The translations under genes were made by a program, and so were the position numbers. The notes beneath the pieces were generated by a model. It did no database searches. It was given only the letters and a program-made list of their open reading frames with translations, and had not been told where the DNA came from. Shown one piece after another: positions 10,681 through 22,111 of a DNA stretch of 64,000 bases; the stretch's first letter is position 1; every line of letters starts with the position of its first letter. The DNA comes from an uncultured delta proteobacterium (GTDB lineage: Bacteria > Desulfobacterota > Binatia > Binatales > Binataceae), in contig CAWJET010000002.1 in the NCBI GenBank assembly GCA_963842085.1, positions 64,001 to 128,000 of the forward strand, written 5' to 3'.

Positions 10681-12108
10681 ATGCCCAAGGCAGCGAAGAA
10701 GCAGCAAGAGCCCTCCGGACCTTTCGGAGATATGTTCCCCTATCGCGAAACCTTCGAGACCTGGCGCGAGCTGCCCAGCAAGAGCCGCCGGCCCGAGGAC
10801 GTCATGCGCGAGCTGCGCAGCATCGCGCGCGAGGAAAACGCGCGCTGGCAGACCGGCCAGATCTCCGGCACCTACTACCACGGCGGCATGGAGCATTACG
10901 CTTACCTCAACCGCGTGTTCTCGCTCTTCTCGCACGTCAACCTGCTGCAGCGCGACATGTGCCCGAGCGGCACCAAGTTCGAGGGCGAGATAATCGCGAT
11001 GACGGCGCGGATGCTCGGCGCGGAGCTGGCGCGCGAGAACGATCCGCAGGCCGACGTCTGCGGGGCGATCACCTCGGGCGGCACCGAGAGCATCATCCTG
11101 CCGATGCTGGCGTATCGGGAGAAAGCCAAGGCCGAGCGCGCAATCACGGCGCCCGAGATGGTGGTGCCGGAGACGATTCACCCGGCATTTTCCAAGGGCG
11201 CGCACTTTTTCGGAATCAAGTTGGTTCGCGTGCCGGTCGGCCCCGACTACCTGGCCGATGTGGACGCGATGCGGCGCGCGATCGGGCCCAACACCATCGC
11301 GCTCGCCGGCTCGGCGGCCAACTATCCGCACGGGCTGATCGATCCGATCGAGAAGTTGTCCGACCTCGCGCTTGAAGCCGGCGTCGGGCTGCACGTCGAT
11401 AGCTGCTTCGGCGGTTTCATCCTGCCGTGGATCGCAAAGCTCGGATATGACATTCCGCCGTTCGATTTCCGCCTGCCCGGCGTCACCTCGATGTCCTGCG
11501 ATACGCACAAATGGGGCTACGGGCTGAAGGGCGCGTCGGTCGTGCTCTATCGCAATGGCGGGTTACGCCGGCGCATGTATTTTTCGATGACCGACTGGCA
11601 GGGCGGGTTGTATGCGTCGCCGACCGTCGCGGGCAGCCGCTCGGAGGGTATCAGCGCATCGACCTGGGCCGCGATGGTCACGCTCGGCGAGGAGGGCTAC
11701 CTGAAAGCGACCCGCCGGATCATGAAGGCAGCAGACACGATCACGTCGGGAGTCGCGAAAATCCCGGAGCTCAAGATTATCGGCAAGCCGACCTACTGCA
11801 TCGCGTTCACCTCCGACAAGGTCGACATCTACCACGTTAACGATTATCTCGCGGAGCGTGGATGGCGCCTCAACGGGCTTCAGAAGCCCGCGGGCTTTCA
11901 TCTATGCGTCACCTTGCCGCAGACGCTGCCGGGAGTGGCGACGCGTTTCGTCAGGGACATCGCGGCCGGCGTCGAATACGCGAAGAATCCGCCGGCGACG
12001 CCCGCACGCAGCGGCGCTGTGTACGGTGGCGGCGCGGCCTCGCTCGAGCCGTCGATGGTGAATGAACTGATGCTCGCGTGGCTCGACGCCAGCACCGAAG
12101 TCCCGTGA
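10681..12108 (+). CDS. PLP-dependent sphingosine-1-phosphate lyase-like protein
   Basis: TSGGTESI, LHVDSCFGGF, SCDTHKWGY and YASPTVAGSRS motifs. Confidence 0.85.
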   Translation: MPKAAKKQQEPSGPFGDMFPYRETFETWRELPSKSRRPEDVMRELRSIAREENARWQTGQISGTYYHGGMEHYAYLNRVFSLFSHVNLLQRDMCPSGTKFEGEIIAMTARMLGAELARENDPQADVCGAITSGGTESIILPMLAYREKAKAERAITAPEMVVPETIHPAFSKGAHFFGIKLVRVPVGPDYLADVDAMRRAIGPNTIALAGSAANYPHGLIDPIEKLSDLALEAGVGLHVDSCFGGFILPWIAKLGYDIPPFDFRLPGVTSMSCDTHKWGYGLKGASVVLYRNGGLRRRMYFSMTDWQGGLYASPTVAGSRSEGISASTWAAMVTLGEEGYLKATRRIMKAADTITSGVAKIPELKIIGKPTYCIAFTSDKVDIYHVNDYLAERGWRLNGLQKPAGFHLCVTLPQTLPGVATRFVRDIAAGVEYAKNPPATPARSGAVYGGGAASLEPSMVNELMLAWLDASTEVP

Positions 12109-12136
12109 CCGGTTCTTTTCCCGGTGAGACCAGCCG

Positions 12137-12946
12137 ATGACGATGGACGATCGCGCGCTCGGGGAGAACATCGCCTTCGCCTGCCATCTGGCGGACCTCG
12201 CGGGACGCACGATCCTGCCGTATTTTCGCGTGCGCCTCGCGGTCGAGAATAAGACTGCCGGTCGTGGCTACGATCCGGTGACGCTCGCCGATCGTGCGGC
12301 GGAGCAGGCGATTCGTGATGAGATTCAGCGCGTCCATCCCGGCCACGGAATCCTCGGCGAGGAGCATGGCTTTGCCGCCGGGACCGACGGGCTGACGTGG
12401 ATCATCGATCCGATCGACGGCACGCGCGCCTTCATTATCGGACAACTGCATTGGGGCGTATTGATCGCGCTCAACGACGGCGCGCGTCCGGTGATTGGCG
12501 TGATGCATCAGCCATACACCGGCGAGACGTTCGTCGGTTCACGCCTGGGCGCAGAACTGAGGCGTAGCGGTACGAGCAATTCGATTCGGGTGCGCGAATG
12601 CAGGCGGCTCGAAGACGCGATCGTCTGTGCGACCGATCCGGCGATGTTCTCCGGTCCGGGCGAGCGCGACGCGTTCCGCCAGCTCGCCTCGAAGGCACGG
12701 ATGAGACGCTACGGCGGCGATTGTTATTCGTACTGCCTGCTCGCCGCGGGCTTAATCGACTTGGTCATTGAATCGGGGCTGCAGCCTTACGATATCCAGC
12801 CGCTCATCCCGATCATCGACGCCGCAGGTGGAGTCGTGACGAGTTGGGCGGGCGGCTCGCCGTACGATGGCGGGCAGATCATCGCCGCCGGCGATCGCGA
12901 GCTGCACAAAATCGCGCTCGCGATGCTCGCACCCGCCGCGCGATAA
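12137..12946 (+). CDS. hisN: Histidinol-phosphatase (inositol monophosphatase family)
   Basis: DPVTLADRAAE, GEE, WIIDPIDGTRAF and YGGDCYSY motifs. Confidence 0.8.
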   Translation: MTMDDRALGENIAFACHLADLAGRTILPYFRVRLAVENKTAGRGYDPVTLADRAAEQAIRDEIQRVHPGHGILGEEHGFAAGTDGLTWIIDPIDGTRAFIIGQLHWGVLIALNDGARPVIGVMHQPYTGETFVGSRLGAELRRSGTSNSIRVRECRRLEDAIVCATDPAMFSGPGERDAFRQLASKARMRRYGGDCYSYCLLAAGLIDLVIESGLQPYDIQPLIPIIDAAGGVVTSWAGGSPYDGGQIIAAGDRELHKIALAMLAPAAR

Positions 12947-12980
12947 CTAATCCGGTCGCGTCGGTCCCTCTCTGGCCTTT

Positions 12981-13202
12981 TCAGGCCACGGAGTCGCCTT
13001 CCAGCCGGAATCCGATGCGCACCTCCACCTGGAAAGTCGGAGCGCCGGCTCTGTTCACCGCGCCGCGAATATTTCCCACCTCGAACCAGTCGATATTCCG
13101 GATCGTCTGGCGGGCCTTGGTTATGGCGTTGCGCACCGCTTGCTGGATGCTGTCCTCGGACACGCCGACGACCTCGATTATCTTGTACGTCTTATCCGGC
13201 AT
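12981..13202 (-). CDS. Dodecin (flavin-binding)
   Basis: YKIIEVVGVSEDSIQQAVRNAI...WFEV..IRG...FQVEVRIGF. Confidence 0.9.
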   Translation of the reverse strand: MPDKTYKIIEVVGVSEDSIQQAVRNAITKARQTIRNIDWFEVGNIRGAVNRAGAPTFQVEVRIGFRLEGDSVA

Positions 13203-13334
13203 CGGACTCTCCTTTGCGTGAGAGACACATCGCGGATGCGCGACGCCTCCGCTGGCATCTGGCTCTCCTGCTGCTCTATTCCGAATATCCGGCGGCGCGC
13301 AAGCCTGTCGCCGTCCGCGAATTTGACTGACGCG

Positions 13335-13427
13335 AAAATATAGGCCCGGCAGGGCTGGCGCCGCAAAGCGGGGGAGGCGCTGCGGCTACCAACCCTGCCG
13401 GGAGGGGGGAGGCTTAGTTATCGATCA
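13335..13427 (-). ncRNA. Candidate sigma-54-dependent sRNA with anti-Shine-Dalgarno loop
   Basis: Long hairpin CCCGGCAGGGUUGG/CCAGCCCUGCCGGG with inner stems and a CCUCCCC loop; 5' CCUCCCCCCU motif; U-rich tail; lies downstream of a sigma-54 promoter. Confidence 0.6.
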
Positions 13428-13437
13428 CCTGCTATCG

Positions 13438-13453
13438 AGCAATCCTGATGCCA
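13438..13453 (-). promoter_or_regulatory. Sigma-54 promoter TGGCAT-CAGGA-TTGCT
   Basis: Near-consensus -24/-12 element downstream of an NtrC-family operon. Confidence 0.75.
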
Positions 13454-13596
13454 CCAAGCTCGACAGGAATTTCGCACGGCCCACGTGTTTTTTTGCCGTT
13501 TAAGGGCCGTTCGCGAGTGAGAACTGTGTAATAGCTACCCGGAAGTGAGCTGAATTGCAGGTCGAAGAGCTGGAACAGCGGCTATCCGCGGGCGCG

Positions 13597-14343
13597 CTAA
13601 GGTGTGGACGGAATAGCGGAGTCGGCGAGTTTGGGGAGCGGTTCGAGCAGGGTTGAGGCTTTGGTGGCGAGACTCATCGCGGCGACGCTGTCGCGCTCGG
13701 TGAGAGCCTCCTTGGCATCCTGCAACAGCCGCTGGGCGAGAATATCGCGTTGAGAATAGTCGCTGCTCAAATTATTGCGGTCGACTCGTTTTTCGATTCT
13801 GTCGATGTCCTCGATCATTTTCGCCGCCTTGGCGGGATTGGCGTCGCCCGGCGCCCCGGATGCTTCCGACGCCGGCGGACTCAGCGTCGGTGTTCCCGCT
13901 TCAGGCGCGATGCTCGCGGCTGACGCCGCCGCTGCCGGAGTTGCGCGAGCGCCGGCTGGCGTTGCGCCCGGATTGTTCTCCAGACTCACGTCGGGGTTCG
14001 CGCCGGAGGTCTTGACCTGGTTGGACGTATTGGGCGGCTGCTTCGACGTAGTCGCGGCTCGCCTGCCAGTTTTCCTGCTCTCGTGTTCCTTGTTGATTTC
14101 TTCCGCCTCCGGAGTTGCCGAAGGAGGCGCAACTGTCGGCGGAGTCGGAGTAGCGGTCGGCGTCGGAGATTGGGCAGGCGATGATCTGGTAAAGAAATTC
14201 GTGATTTGCGCCATGCTCGGCGTGCCGCCAGAGCATCCGGCCAGAAACATCAATAGGAACGAAAGTGCGACGAGGATCGGCAGAATGAGCGGCCGATTGA
14301 TTCGCTCAGGCAGCGCTGGGAACCGCTGATTTGGCAGGCGCAT
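13597..14343 (-). CDS. Putative lipoprotein with Pro/Thr/Ala-rich linker
   Basis: Hydrophobic stretch plus FLAGC lipobox; overlaps the 3' end of the histidine kinase gene. Confidence 0.7.
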   Translation of the reverse strand: MRLPNQRFPALPERINRPLILPILVALSFLLMFLAGCSGGTPSMAQITNFFTRSSPAQSPTPTATPTPPTVAPPSATPEAEEINKEHESRKTGRRAATTSKQPPNTSNQVKTSGANPDVSLENNPGATPAGARATPAAAASAASIAPEAGTPTLSPPASEASGAPGDANPAKAAKMIEDIDRIEKRVDRNNLSSDYSQRDILAQRLLQDAKEALTERDSVAAMSLATKASTLLEPLPKLADSAIPSTP

Positions 14344-16111
14344 TGGCTGCAATCGGAATCGTAACCTTGCACACCGTACCTTGACCCAATTCCGACTCGA
14401 TCGCTATCTTCCCGCCGTTTAGTTCGATCGCCCGCATCGCGAACGGCAGGCCGAGCCCACTCCCGCCGGCTTTGGTGGTGAAATACAAGTCGAAGATCCG
14501 GTCCAGCTGCTCCTTGCTCATGCCCGGACCGCGGTCGGCGATTGTGACTTCGACTGCCGGGCCCTGCGACCGGCTGGCAAGCGTCAACCCTCCGCCGTCG
14601 GGCATCGCCTGTTCGGCGTTGGTTATCAAATTGGTCAGCGCTTCGTAAATCAGGCCGCGATCCGCTTGCACCGACGGCAGCGCGGGGTCGAGCTGGTACT
14701 CGACCTTGATCCGCTCGCTGTTGACGCGCGCGCCGAGTTCCTTGAGTAACGCGTTCATGTCGAAGTCGCTCAGCTTCAGTTGCTCGGGCCGCATGAACCG
14801 CAGCAGCGCCTCGACCGCTTCGTCGAGGCGGGTCACCTCATGGCGCAGCTTGTCGATGTGCTTGGCGCCCGCGTCGCCGGCTTCGCGGCGCAGCAGCTCG
14901 AGCCGCATGTTCATCCCGTTGAGCGGGCTGCGCAGTTGATGGGCCAGGCCGGAGATCAGCGTCCCCAGACGCGCGAGCCGATTCGACGAATCGAGCGCGG
15001 TTTCGAGTTCGATCACCGGCGCCAAGTCTCTGAGCACGATCAGCAGGCCGGCTGGAACCCGTTCGCGGCCCAGGCGAAAAAACGAAACCAGGTAGGTGCC
15101 GCCCGCCGGCAGCGCCAGCGGCACGTCGTGCGCTTCGGTGCCGGCCACCGTGGATTGCACCAGCGCCAGCAGCGGATGCCCGGGGTCGAGCGCCGAGGCG
15201 AGCGAGGCGCCCTCGAGCGCGCTGTTTTTCGGCGCCAGCCGCTCCTGCGCTTCCTTGTTCGCGAACAGCACCACGCCGTTGGCGTCGAGCAGCACCACCG
15301 CGTCCTGGATCGAACGGACCACGTCAAACAGATGCGCCTGATCGCTGTCCAGCCGCGACCGATCCTCCCGTACCTGGCGCGACAGTTCATTGAACTTCTC
15401 GGCCAGCGTGCTCAACTCGCCGGTTCCCGAGACCCTCATCTCCGAGGGACTCTTGCCGGCCGCCAGCTGCTCGAACCCGCGCGTCAGGACTGCGAGTTGT
15501 TCGAGAATCCGGTTGGCGATGAGCAACACCACGAGCATCGCGGCCGCGATCACCAGCGCCGCGGTGGCCACGATCACCACCAGCAGACGGCGGGCCTGGT
15601 CGGCAATCAGCGCCGTCGTCACTCCGATCGAGATTGTCACCGCCGGCCGGTTGTTGATGTCCACCTGGCGCCGCGCCTCGTAAACCTTGGCTGTCAGCAG
15701 ACTGGGCAGCGACATGAACAGCAGCCATCGCGAGGCCTGGTCGTCCAGCTCCCTGACCGACGGCAGAGTGAGCGCGGGCTTGCCCTCGCCGTCGCCGTTG
15801 GCCGCCACGATTACGGTGCCGTCGTTGCCGACGATCTGCGCGGACACCACCGCCGGACCAAAGGCAACCGTCGAGTCGAGCAGCCTGCGCAGCGGTTCGC
15901 TGCCGCGCAGCGCGGCCGGAACGTCGCCTTCGCCCTGGGAGAGAGCGAGGCGCACCTGTTCGAAGATCTGCGCGATCATGAAGTCGGCCGAGCGCGACAT
16001 GCCGTCGACCATTGTGTTGACGCGGGAGTCGAGCGAGATGATGCTCAGCGCGACGGTCGGAACCAGCATCAGCATGAGAGCAATAAGGGCCAGTCTTGCT
16101 CGCAGTTGCAT
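14306..16111 (-). CDS. Sensor histidine kinase (TM, HAMP, PAS, HisKA, HATPase)
   Basis: GLAHQLRSPL, NLITNA, DRGPGM and FTTKAGGSGLGL motifs. Confidence 0.93.
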   Translation of the reverse strand: MQLRARLALIALMLMLVPTVALSIISLDSRVNTMVDGMSRSADFMIAQIFEQVRLALSQGEGDVPAALRGSEPLRRLLDSTVAFGPAVVSAQIVGNDGTVIVAANGDGEGKPALTLPSVRELDDQASRWLLFMSLPSLLTAKVYEARRQVDINNRPAVTISIGVTTALIADQARRLLVVIVATAALVIAAAMLVVLLIANRILEQLAVLTRGFEQLAAGKSPSEMRVSGTGELSTLAEKFNELSRQVREDRSRLDSDQAHLFDVVRSIQDAVVLLDANGVVLFANKEAQERLAPKNSALEGASLASALDPGHPLLALVQSTVAGTEAHDVPLALPAGGTYLVSFFRLGRERVPAGLLIVLRDLAPVIELETALDSSNRLARLGTLISGLAHQLRSPLNGMNMRLELLRREAGDAGAKHIDKLRHEVTRLDEAVEALLRFMRPEQLKLSDFDMNALLKELGARVNSERIKVEYQLDPALPSVQADRGLIYEALTNLITNAEQAMPDGGGLTLASRSQGPAVEVTIADRGPGMSKEQLDRIFDLYFTTKAGGSGLGLPFAMRAIELNGGKIAIESELGQGTVCKVTIPIAANAPAKSAVPSAA

Positions 16112-16176
16112 GGTCTCCCCGCACGCTCAGCCGGTAGGGTAACTCCGCGATCTTACATCGCGGTCGCTTGGGCCAC

Positions 16177-17544
<1,368 letters not shown>

Positions 17545-17714
17545 AGATCTCCGCGAATTGTCAATGACTTGTGATGTGCAATAACCGTGCACACGTTGCG
17601 TTCCGAAAATCCCATAATTTATCGACTGTTTTGGCTCAGAGCCCCGAGCCTGGCATCTGTAAGATTTACCGATATCGGCGCGTTCCACCTTCCTAGCTGG
17701 TTTACACTATTGAC

Positions 17715-19511
17715 TCAACGCGCAGATCGATGAGCTGCAGGACCTTCAACCTGCATGAGATTGTGGGCAGTGTTGACCAACGAGACATGCGTGAAGGCTT
17801 GCGGAAAATTACCGAGCTGGCGTTTGAGAACGGGATCGTATTCCTCGGACAGCAGGCCCACGTCATTGCGTAAATCGAGCAGACGCTCGAACAGCGCGCG
17901 CGCCTCCTGATCACGGCCAGCGAGTGCAAGGTTGTCCGCGAGCCAGAACGTGCACGGCAGGAACGCCCCTTCGCCCGGCGGAAGTCCGTCGACGGCGGTC
18001 TCGGTCGGGTACCTGAGCACCAAACCGTGATAGATCAGCTCACGTTGAATTGCGTGGACAGTTGAGATTACGCGCGGATCGTTGGCCGGCAGAAAGCCGA
18101 CCAGCGGAATCATCAGCACTGACGCGTCGAGCGATTTTGAACCGTAGTACTGGACGAAGGCATTGCGCTCGGTGTCGAAGCCACGCTCGCAAACGTCGCG
18201 ATGGATCTCGTCGCGCAAGGCAAGCCAGCGGTCCAAAGGCCCCTCGCCATAACCTCGGCGAATATCCTTGACCGAGCGATCGACCGCTACCCACGCCATC
18301 ACCTTGGAATGCGTGAAATCGCGCCGCGGACCGCGCACCTCCCAGATTCCCTCATCCGCCTGCTTCCAGCCCGACTCGAGGAAGTCCATCAGCGTGCTTT
18401 GAAGGCGCCAGGCGTCATCGTTACGCTCCAGTTTGTACTTGCGTGCGACGTGGAGCGTGTCGATCACTTCGCCGTATACGTCGAGTTGAAATTGCTCATG
18501 CGCGGCGTTGCCGATGCGCACCGGAGCGCTATTCTCATAGCCGGGCAGCCATGGAAGCTCTGACTCGGTAAGCATCCGCTCGCCCGCAACTCCATACATA
18601 ATCTGGGTATCTTGCGGATGGCCTGCTATCGCTCTGAGCAGCCATTCCCGCCACGCACGCGCCTCATCCGTATAGCCGGAAATCAGCAATGCATAGAGCG
18701 TAAAGGTCGAGTCGCGCAGCCAGCTATAGCGATAGTCCCAGTTGCGCGGACCGCCCAGACTTTCGGGAAGAGAAGTAGTCGGCGCGGCGACAATCCCTCC
18801 CGTCGGCGCGTAGGTGAGAGCCTTCAGCGTGATAAGGGAGCGTACGACGGTGTCGCGCCATTCGCCCCGGCAACCGCAGCGGCCGGCCCAGTCGCGCCAC
18901 CATTGTTCGGTGGCTGAGAGCATGCGGAGCGGATCGTCTTCGCCCGGCTCGGCTTGATTGGACGGATACCAGGTCAGCCTGAACGGCACGGATTGACCTT
19001 CGGCGACAGTGAATTCCGCGAAGGTAGTATAATCCTCGCTGCGCAGTGGGACCGCCGTTCGCAGCGCGATCGCGTTGGGTCCCGAGACCGCGCTGAGGCC
19101 GTAGTCGCGTCTTCGAACCCATGGGATCGTGCGTCCGTAGTCGAAACGGAAGTTCAGTTCCGCTCGCATCGCAACGCTCCCGCGGATGCCCTGCACGACT
19201 CGAACGACATCGACTTGCTCGGGCCCCTCGGCGATCGGCATGAAGTCGACGACCGTGGCGACGCCGCCGTCGGTCTCGAACTCGGTTTCGAGCAAGAGCG
19301 TATCATCGCGATACCGGCGCCGGACCTGCCTGACCTCGCTCTGCGGCGCCAGGAGCCAACGTCCGTTCTTCTCGTCGCCGAGGATCGAAGCGAAGCACGC
19401 GCCGGAATCAAACCGAGGCAAACATAGCCAGTCGATCGAGCCGGTACGGCTGACGAGCGCCGCCGTGCAGAGGTTTCCAATCAGCGCGTAGTCCTCGATC
19501 GGCCGGCTCAT
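17715..19511 (-). CDS. Glycoside hydrolase family 15 (trehalase/glucoamylase-like)
   Basis: IEDYALIG, AAPTTSLPE, WDYRYSWLRD, GLLSEE and GNFPQAFTH motifs. Confidence 0.93.
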   Translation of the reverse strand: MSRPIEDYALIGNLCTAALVSRTGSIDWLCLPRFDSGACFASILGDEKNGRWLLAPQSEVRQVRRRYRDDTLLLETEFETDGGVATVVDFMPIAEGPEQVDVVRVVQGIRGSVAMRAELNFRFDYGRTIPWVRRRDYGLSAVSGPNAIALRTAVPLRSEDYTTFAEFTVAEGQSVPFRLTWYPSNQAEPGEDDPLRMLSATEQWWRDWAGRCGCRGEWRDTVVRSLITLKALTYAPTGGIVAAPTTSLPESLGGPRNWDYRYSWLRDSTFTLYALLISGYTDEARAWREWLLRAIAGHPQDTQIMYGVAGERMLTESELPWLPGYENSAPVRIGNAAHEQFQLDVYGEVIDTLHVARKYKLERNDDAWRLQSTLMDFLESGWKQADEGIWEVRGPRRDFTHSKVMAWVAVDRSVKDIRRGYGEGPLDRWLALRDEIHRDVCERGFDTERNAFVQYYGSKSLDASVLMIPLVGFLPANDPRVISTVHAIQRELIYHGLVLRYPTETAVDGLPPGEGAFLPCTFWLADNLALAGRDQEARALFERLLDLRNDVGLLSEEYDPVLKRQLGNFPQAFTHVSLVNTAHNLMQVEGPAAHRSAR

Positions 19512-19716
19512 TTGAAAGCTCCCGTTGAATGACCGCCGTCATTCCACTTCAAGATTGCGACAGAGACCGGCGGCAATTCAATCGCGCGGCCCGAGCCGTC
19601 AGGCGCATTAGCTCGGCTCTGAGCGGTCCTCGCTCACCGTCTCCATCGCCGGCGATTGGACGACTGGATAGCGCTCAATTAGAGTGGGTGGCGGCACGGC
19701 TCAGGACTCCTGGCAG

Positions 19717-21243
19717 ATGGAATCGCCGCTCAACGTATTGTTCATAACGGCCGACCAATGGCGCGGCGACTGCCTTTCTGCGCTGGATCATCCCGTCGTT
19801 CGCACGCCGAATCTCGACGCGCTGGCGGCCGAGGGCGTACTTTTCCGGCGTCACTTCGCCAACGCTGTTCCGTGCGGCCCCAGCCGAGCGTCGCTTCACA
19901 CCGGGATGTATCTGCAGAATCATCGCTCCGGGACCAACGGCACTCCGCTCGATGCGCGGCACACCAACTGGGCCAAAGAGGCCGCATCGCACGGCTACGA
20001 TCCGGTGCTGTTCGGTTATACCGACACCAGCCAGGATCCCCGCATGCTCGATGCTGGCGATCCGTGGCTCAAGTCGTACGAAGGGCCTCTGCCTGGCATC
20101 CGGCCCGTATGCCTGATGATCGGCACGCCGACGCCGTGGACCGATTGGCTCAAGGCTCGCGGTTTCGAAGTGCCGGCGGATATTCGGTTCGCCTATGGCT
20201 ATCGTGCCGATGGGCCGGACTACGAAGACGGCGCGGCGCATCCCAAGCCGCTCAAGTATCCGGCGGAATTCGACGACACCGCGTTCCTGGTCGGCCAAAC
20301 GATCGATTACATCAAAAGCGCGCACGGTCCGTTCGTCGCGCACTTGTCAATTCTGCGGCCGCATCCGCCCTTCATCGCGCCCGAGCCTTACAACGCGATG
20401 TACGATCCCGCGCGAGTGCCGGGATTCACGCGTCTGGCGACACCCGAAGAGGAGGCGCGTCAGCATCCGTGGCTCGCGCATCAGCTGACGCGCCGAATTT
20501 TCAGGGCCACCGACAATGAGAAGAGACTTCGGCGGCTGAAGGCCGTTTACTACGGACTCATGAGCCGGGTTGACGCGGAGATTGGAAGGCTGGTCCGGTT
20601 TCTCAAGGAGTCGGGGCGATGGGATTCGACGTTCATCATCTTTACTTCCGATCACGGTGAGCAGATCGGCGACCACTGGCTCATCGGCAAGTGCGGCTAT
20701 TTCGACGGCTCCTACCACATACCGCTAATCGTCCGCGATCCGCGGCCGCAAGCCGATTCCGCGCGCGGCGCGGTGATTTCGGACTTCACCGAAAACGTCG
20801 ATATCATGCCGACGATGCTGCAAGCGATCGGCGCCGAAATTCCAGTGCAATGCGACGGGCTATCGCTCGCGCCGTTCCTCGAAGGCGCGAGCCGCCCCGA
20901 CCAATGGCGGAGCGAAGCGCATTGGGAGTTCGACTTTCGCGATCCCGCCGACGACTCCGCGGAGCGCGCTCTCGGCCTCACGATGCATCAATGCACGATG
21001 AACGTCGTCCGGGGCGAGCGCTACAAATATGTTCATTTCACGAATCTTCCGCCATTGTTTTTTGATTTGAAGAACGACCCGGGCGAGTTCGTGAATCTGG
21101 CGGGTGACGCTGCGTACGCGCCGCTGGTACTCGAGTACGCGCAGAAGCTCCTGTCATGGCGCATGAACCATGATGAGCAAACACTGACGCATATAATGCT
21201 CAGTGACGGCGGCCCGATCGCGCGCCGCGCACCGCGCTACTGA
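19717..21243 (+). CDS. Sulfatase-family phosphonate monoester hydrolase (PehA-like)
   Basis: NVLFITADQWR, formylglycine motif CGPSR, HWEFDFRD; adjacent to phnX. Confidence 0.8.
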   Translation: MESPLNVLFITADQWRGDCLSALDHPVVRTPNLDALAAEGVLFRRHFANAVPCGPSRASLHTGMYLQNHRSGTNGTPLDARHTNWAKEAASHGYDPVLFGYTDTSQDPRMLDAGDPWLKSYEGPLPGIRPVCLMIGTPTPWTDWLKARGFEVPADIRFAYGYRADGPDYEDGAAHPKPLKYPAEFDDTAFLVGQTIDYIKSAHGPFVAHLSILRPHPPFIAPEPYNAMYDPARVPGFTRLATPEEEARQHPWLAHQLTRRIFRATDNEKRLRRLKAVYYGLMSRVDAEIGRLVRFLKESGRWDSTFIIFTSDHGEQIGDHWLIGKCGYFDGSYHIPLIVRDPRPQADSARGAVISDFTENVDIMPTMLQAIGAEIPVQCDGLSLAPFLEGASRPDQWRSEAHWEFDFRDPADDSAERALGLTMHQCTMNVVRGERYKYVHFTNLPPLFFDLKNDPGEFVNLAGDAAYAPLVLEYAQKLLSWRMNHDEQTLTHIMLSDGGPIARRAPRY

Positions 21244-21292
21244 GAAATTTCTGTCTCCTCGCCCTGCGTGCGGATTGCGCAAAGCGCACCCG

Positions 21293-22111
21293 CTACGGGC
21301 GCTCGCCGTTGCGGATGCGCGCCTCGATCTCGTCGAGAGCAGGCTCTAAATCCGCCACCGCGTCGATTACCTGATGCGCGCCGGCTGTGGACAGCGCGAT
21401 CCGCGCGTGCTCGAGCCGCGTCGCTTGCTCTGCCGGTGTGAGTGCCGCGAAATCTTCCGCGGGCAGCCCGATCATGTTGCCGGTGCGGGCGACGCCGATC
21501 GTCCACACGCCTGCGCGCAATCCCTCTTCGATATCGACGGGTGTGTCACCGACTTTCACGATCGCTTCGAGCGGCTCGACCTGCAGACGTATGGCGTTGG
21601 CGAAGATCATCCACGGATGCGGGCGTCCGGCGCCGACGTCATCCGGAGTGATGGCGCAGTCGGGCTGGTACCCATGCTCGGCGGCTGGCCGGAGGATCTT
21701 GTCGAGCATCGCGCGCGTGTATCCGGTGGTGCTTCCTATTTTGATTCCGCGTTTGCGGATGCGCACGACGGTTTCCGCGACTCCGTCGATCACGGTTGAG
21801 TATTTCAGCAGGCATTCGAGCTGCAGCGGCACGAAGTTCGCGAACAGGCTCTCGACGTCCGCTTCGCTCGGCTCATGCCCAACGGCGTCGCGCCATCGGG
21901 CAGAGACGTTTGGCCCGAACAGTATCTTTCTGATGTGGTCCTTTTTGAGGACGCCCATGTCGCGCCGCGCTTGCGCTTCCGAGATGGGAACGCCGCGCTC
22001 GGCAAACACCTGTTGCAGAACGCGGACCGGAGCGAGGCTGCCGTGATCGACCGTCGTGCCCGCCCAATCCAGAATGACGGCCTTCACCGGCCCCGAATAT
22101 GATTGCTTCAT
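21293..22111 (-). CDS. phnX: Phosphonoacetaldehyde hydrolase
   Basis: AVILDWAGTTVDHGS, MGVLKKDHI, GRPHPWM and KVGDT motifs. Confidence 0.92.
   Translation of the reverse strand: MKQSYSGPVKAVILDWAGTTVDHGSLAPVRVLQQVFAERGVPISEAQARRDMGVLKKDHIRKILFGPNVSARWRDAVGHEPSEADVESLFANFVPLQLECLLKYSTVIDGVAETVVRIRKRGIKIGSTTGYTRAMLDKILRPAAEHGYQPDCAITPDDVGAGRPHPWMIFANAIRLQVEPLEAIVKVGDTPVDIEEGLRAGVWTIGVARTGNMIGLPAEDFAALTPAEQATRLEHARIALSTAGAHQVIDAVADLEPALDEIEARIRNGERP

Noticed and set aside
17577-17592. Sigma-54-like GTGCAC-GGTTA-TTGCA upstream of the response regulator
   Set aside because: The essential -24 GG dinucleotide is missing.
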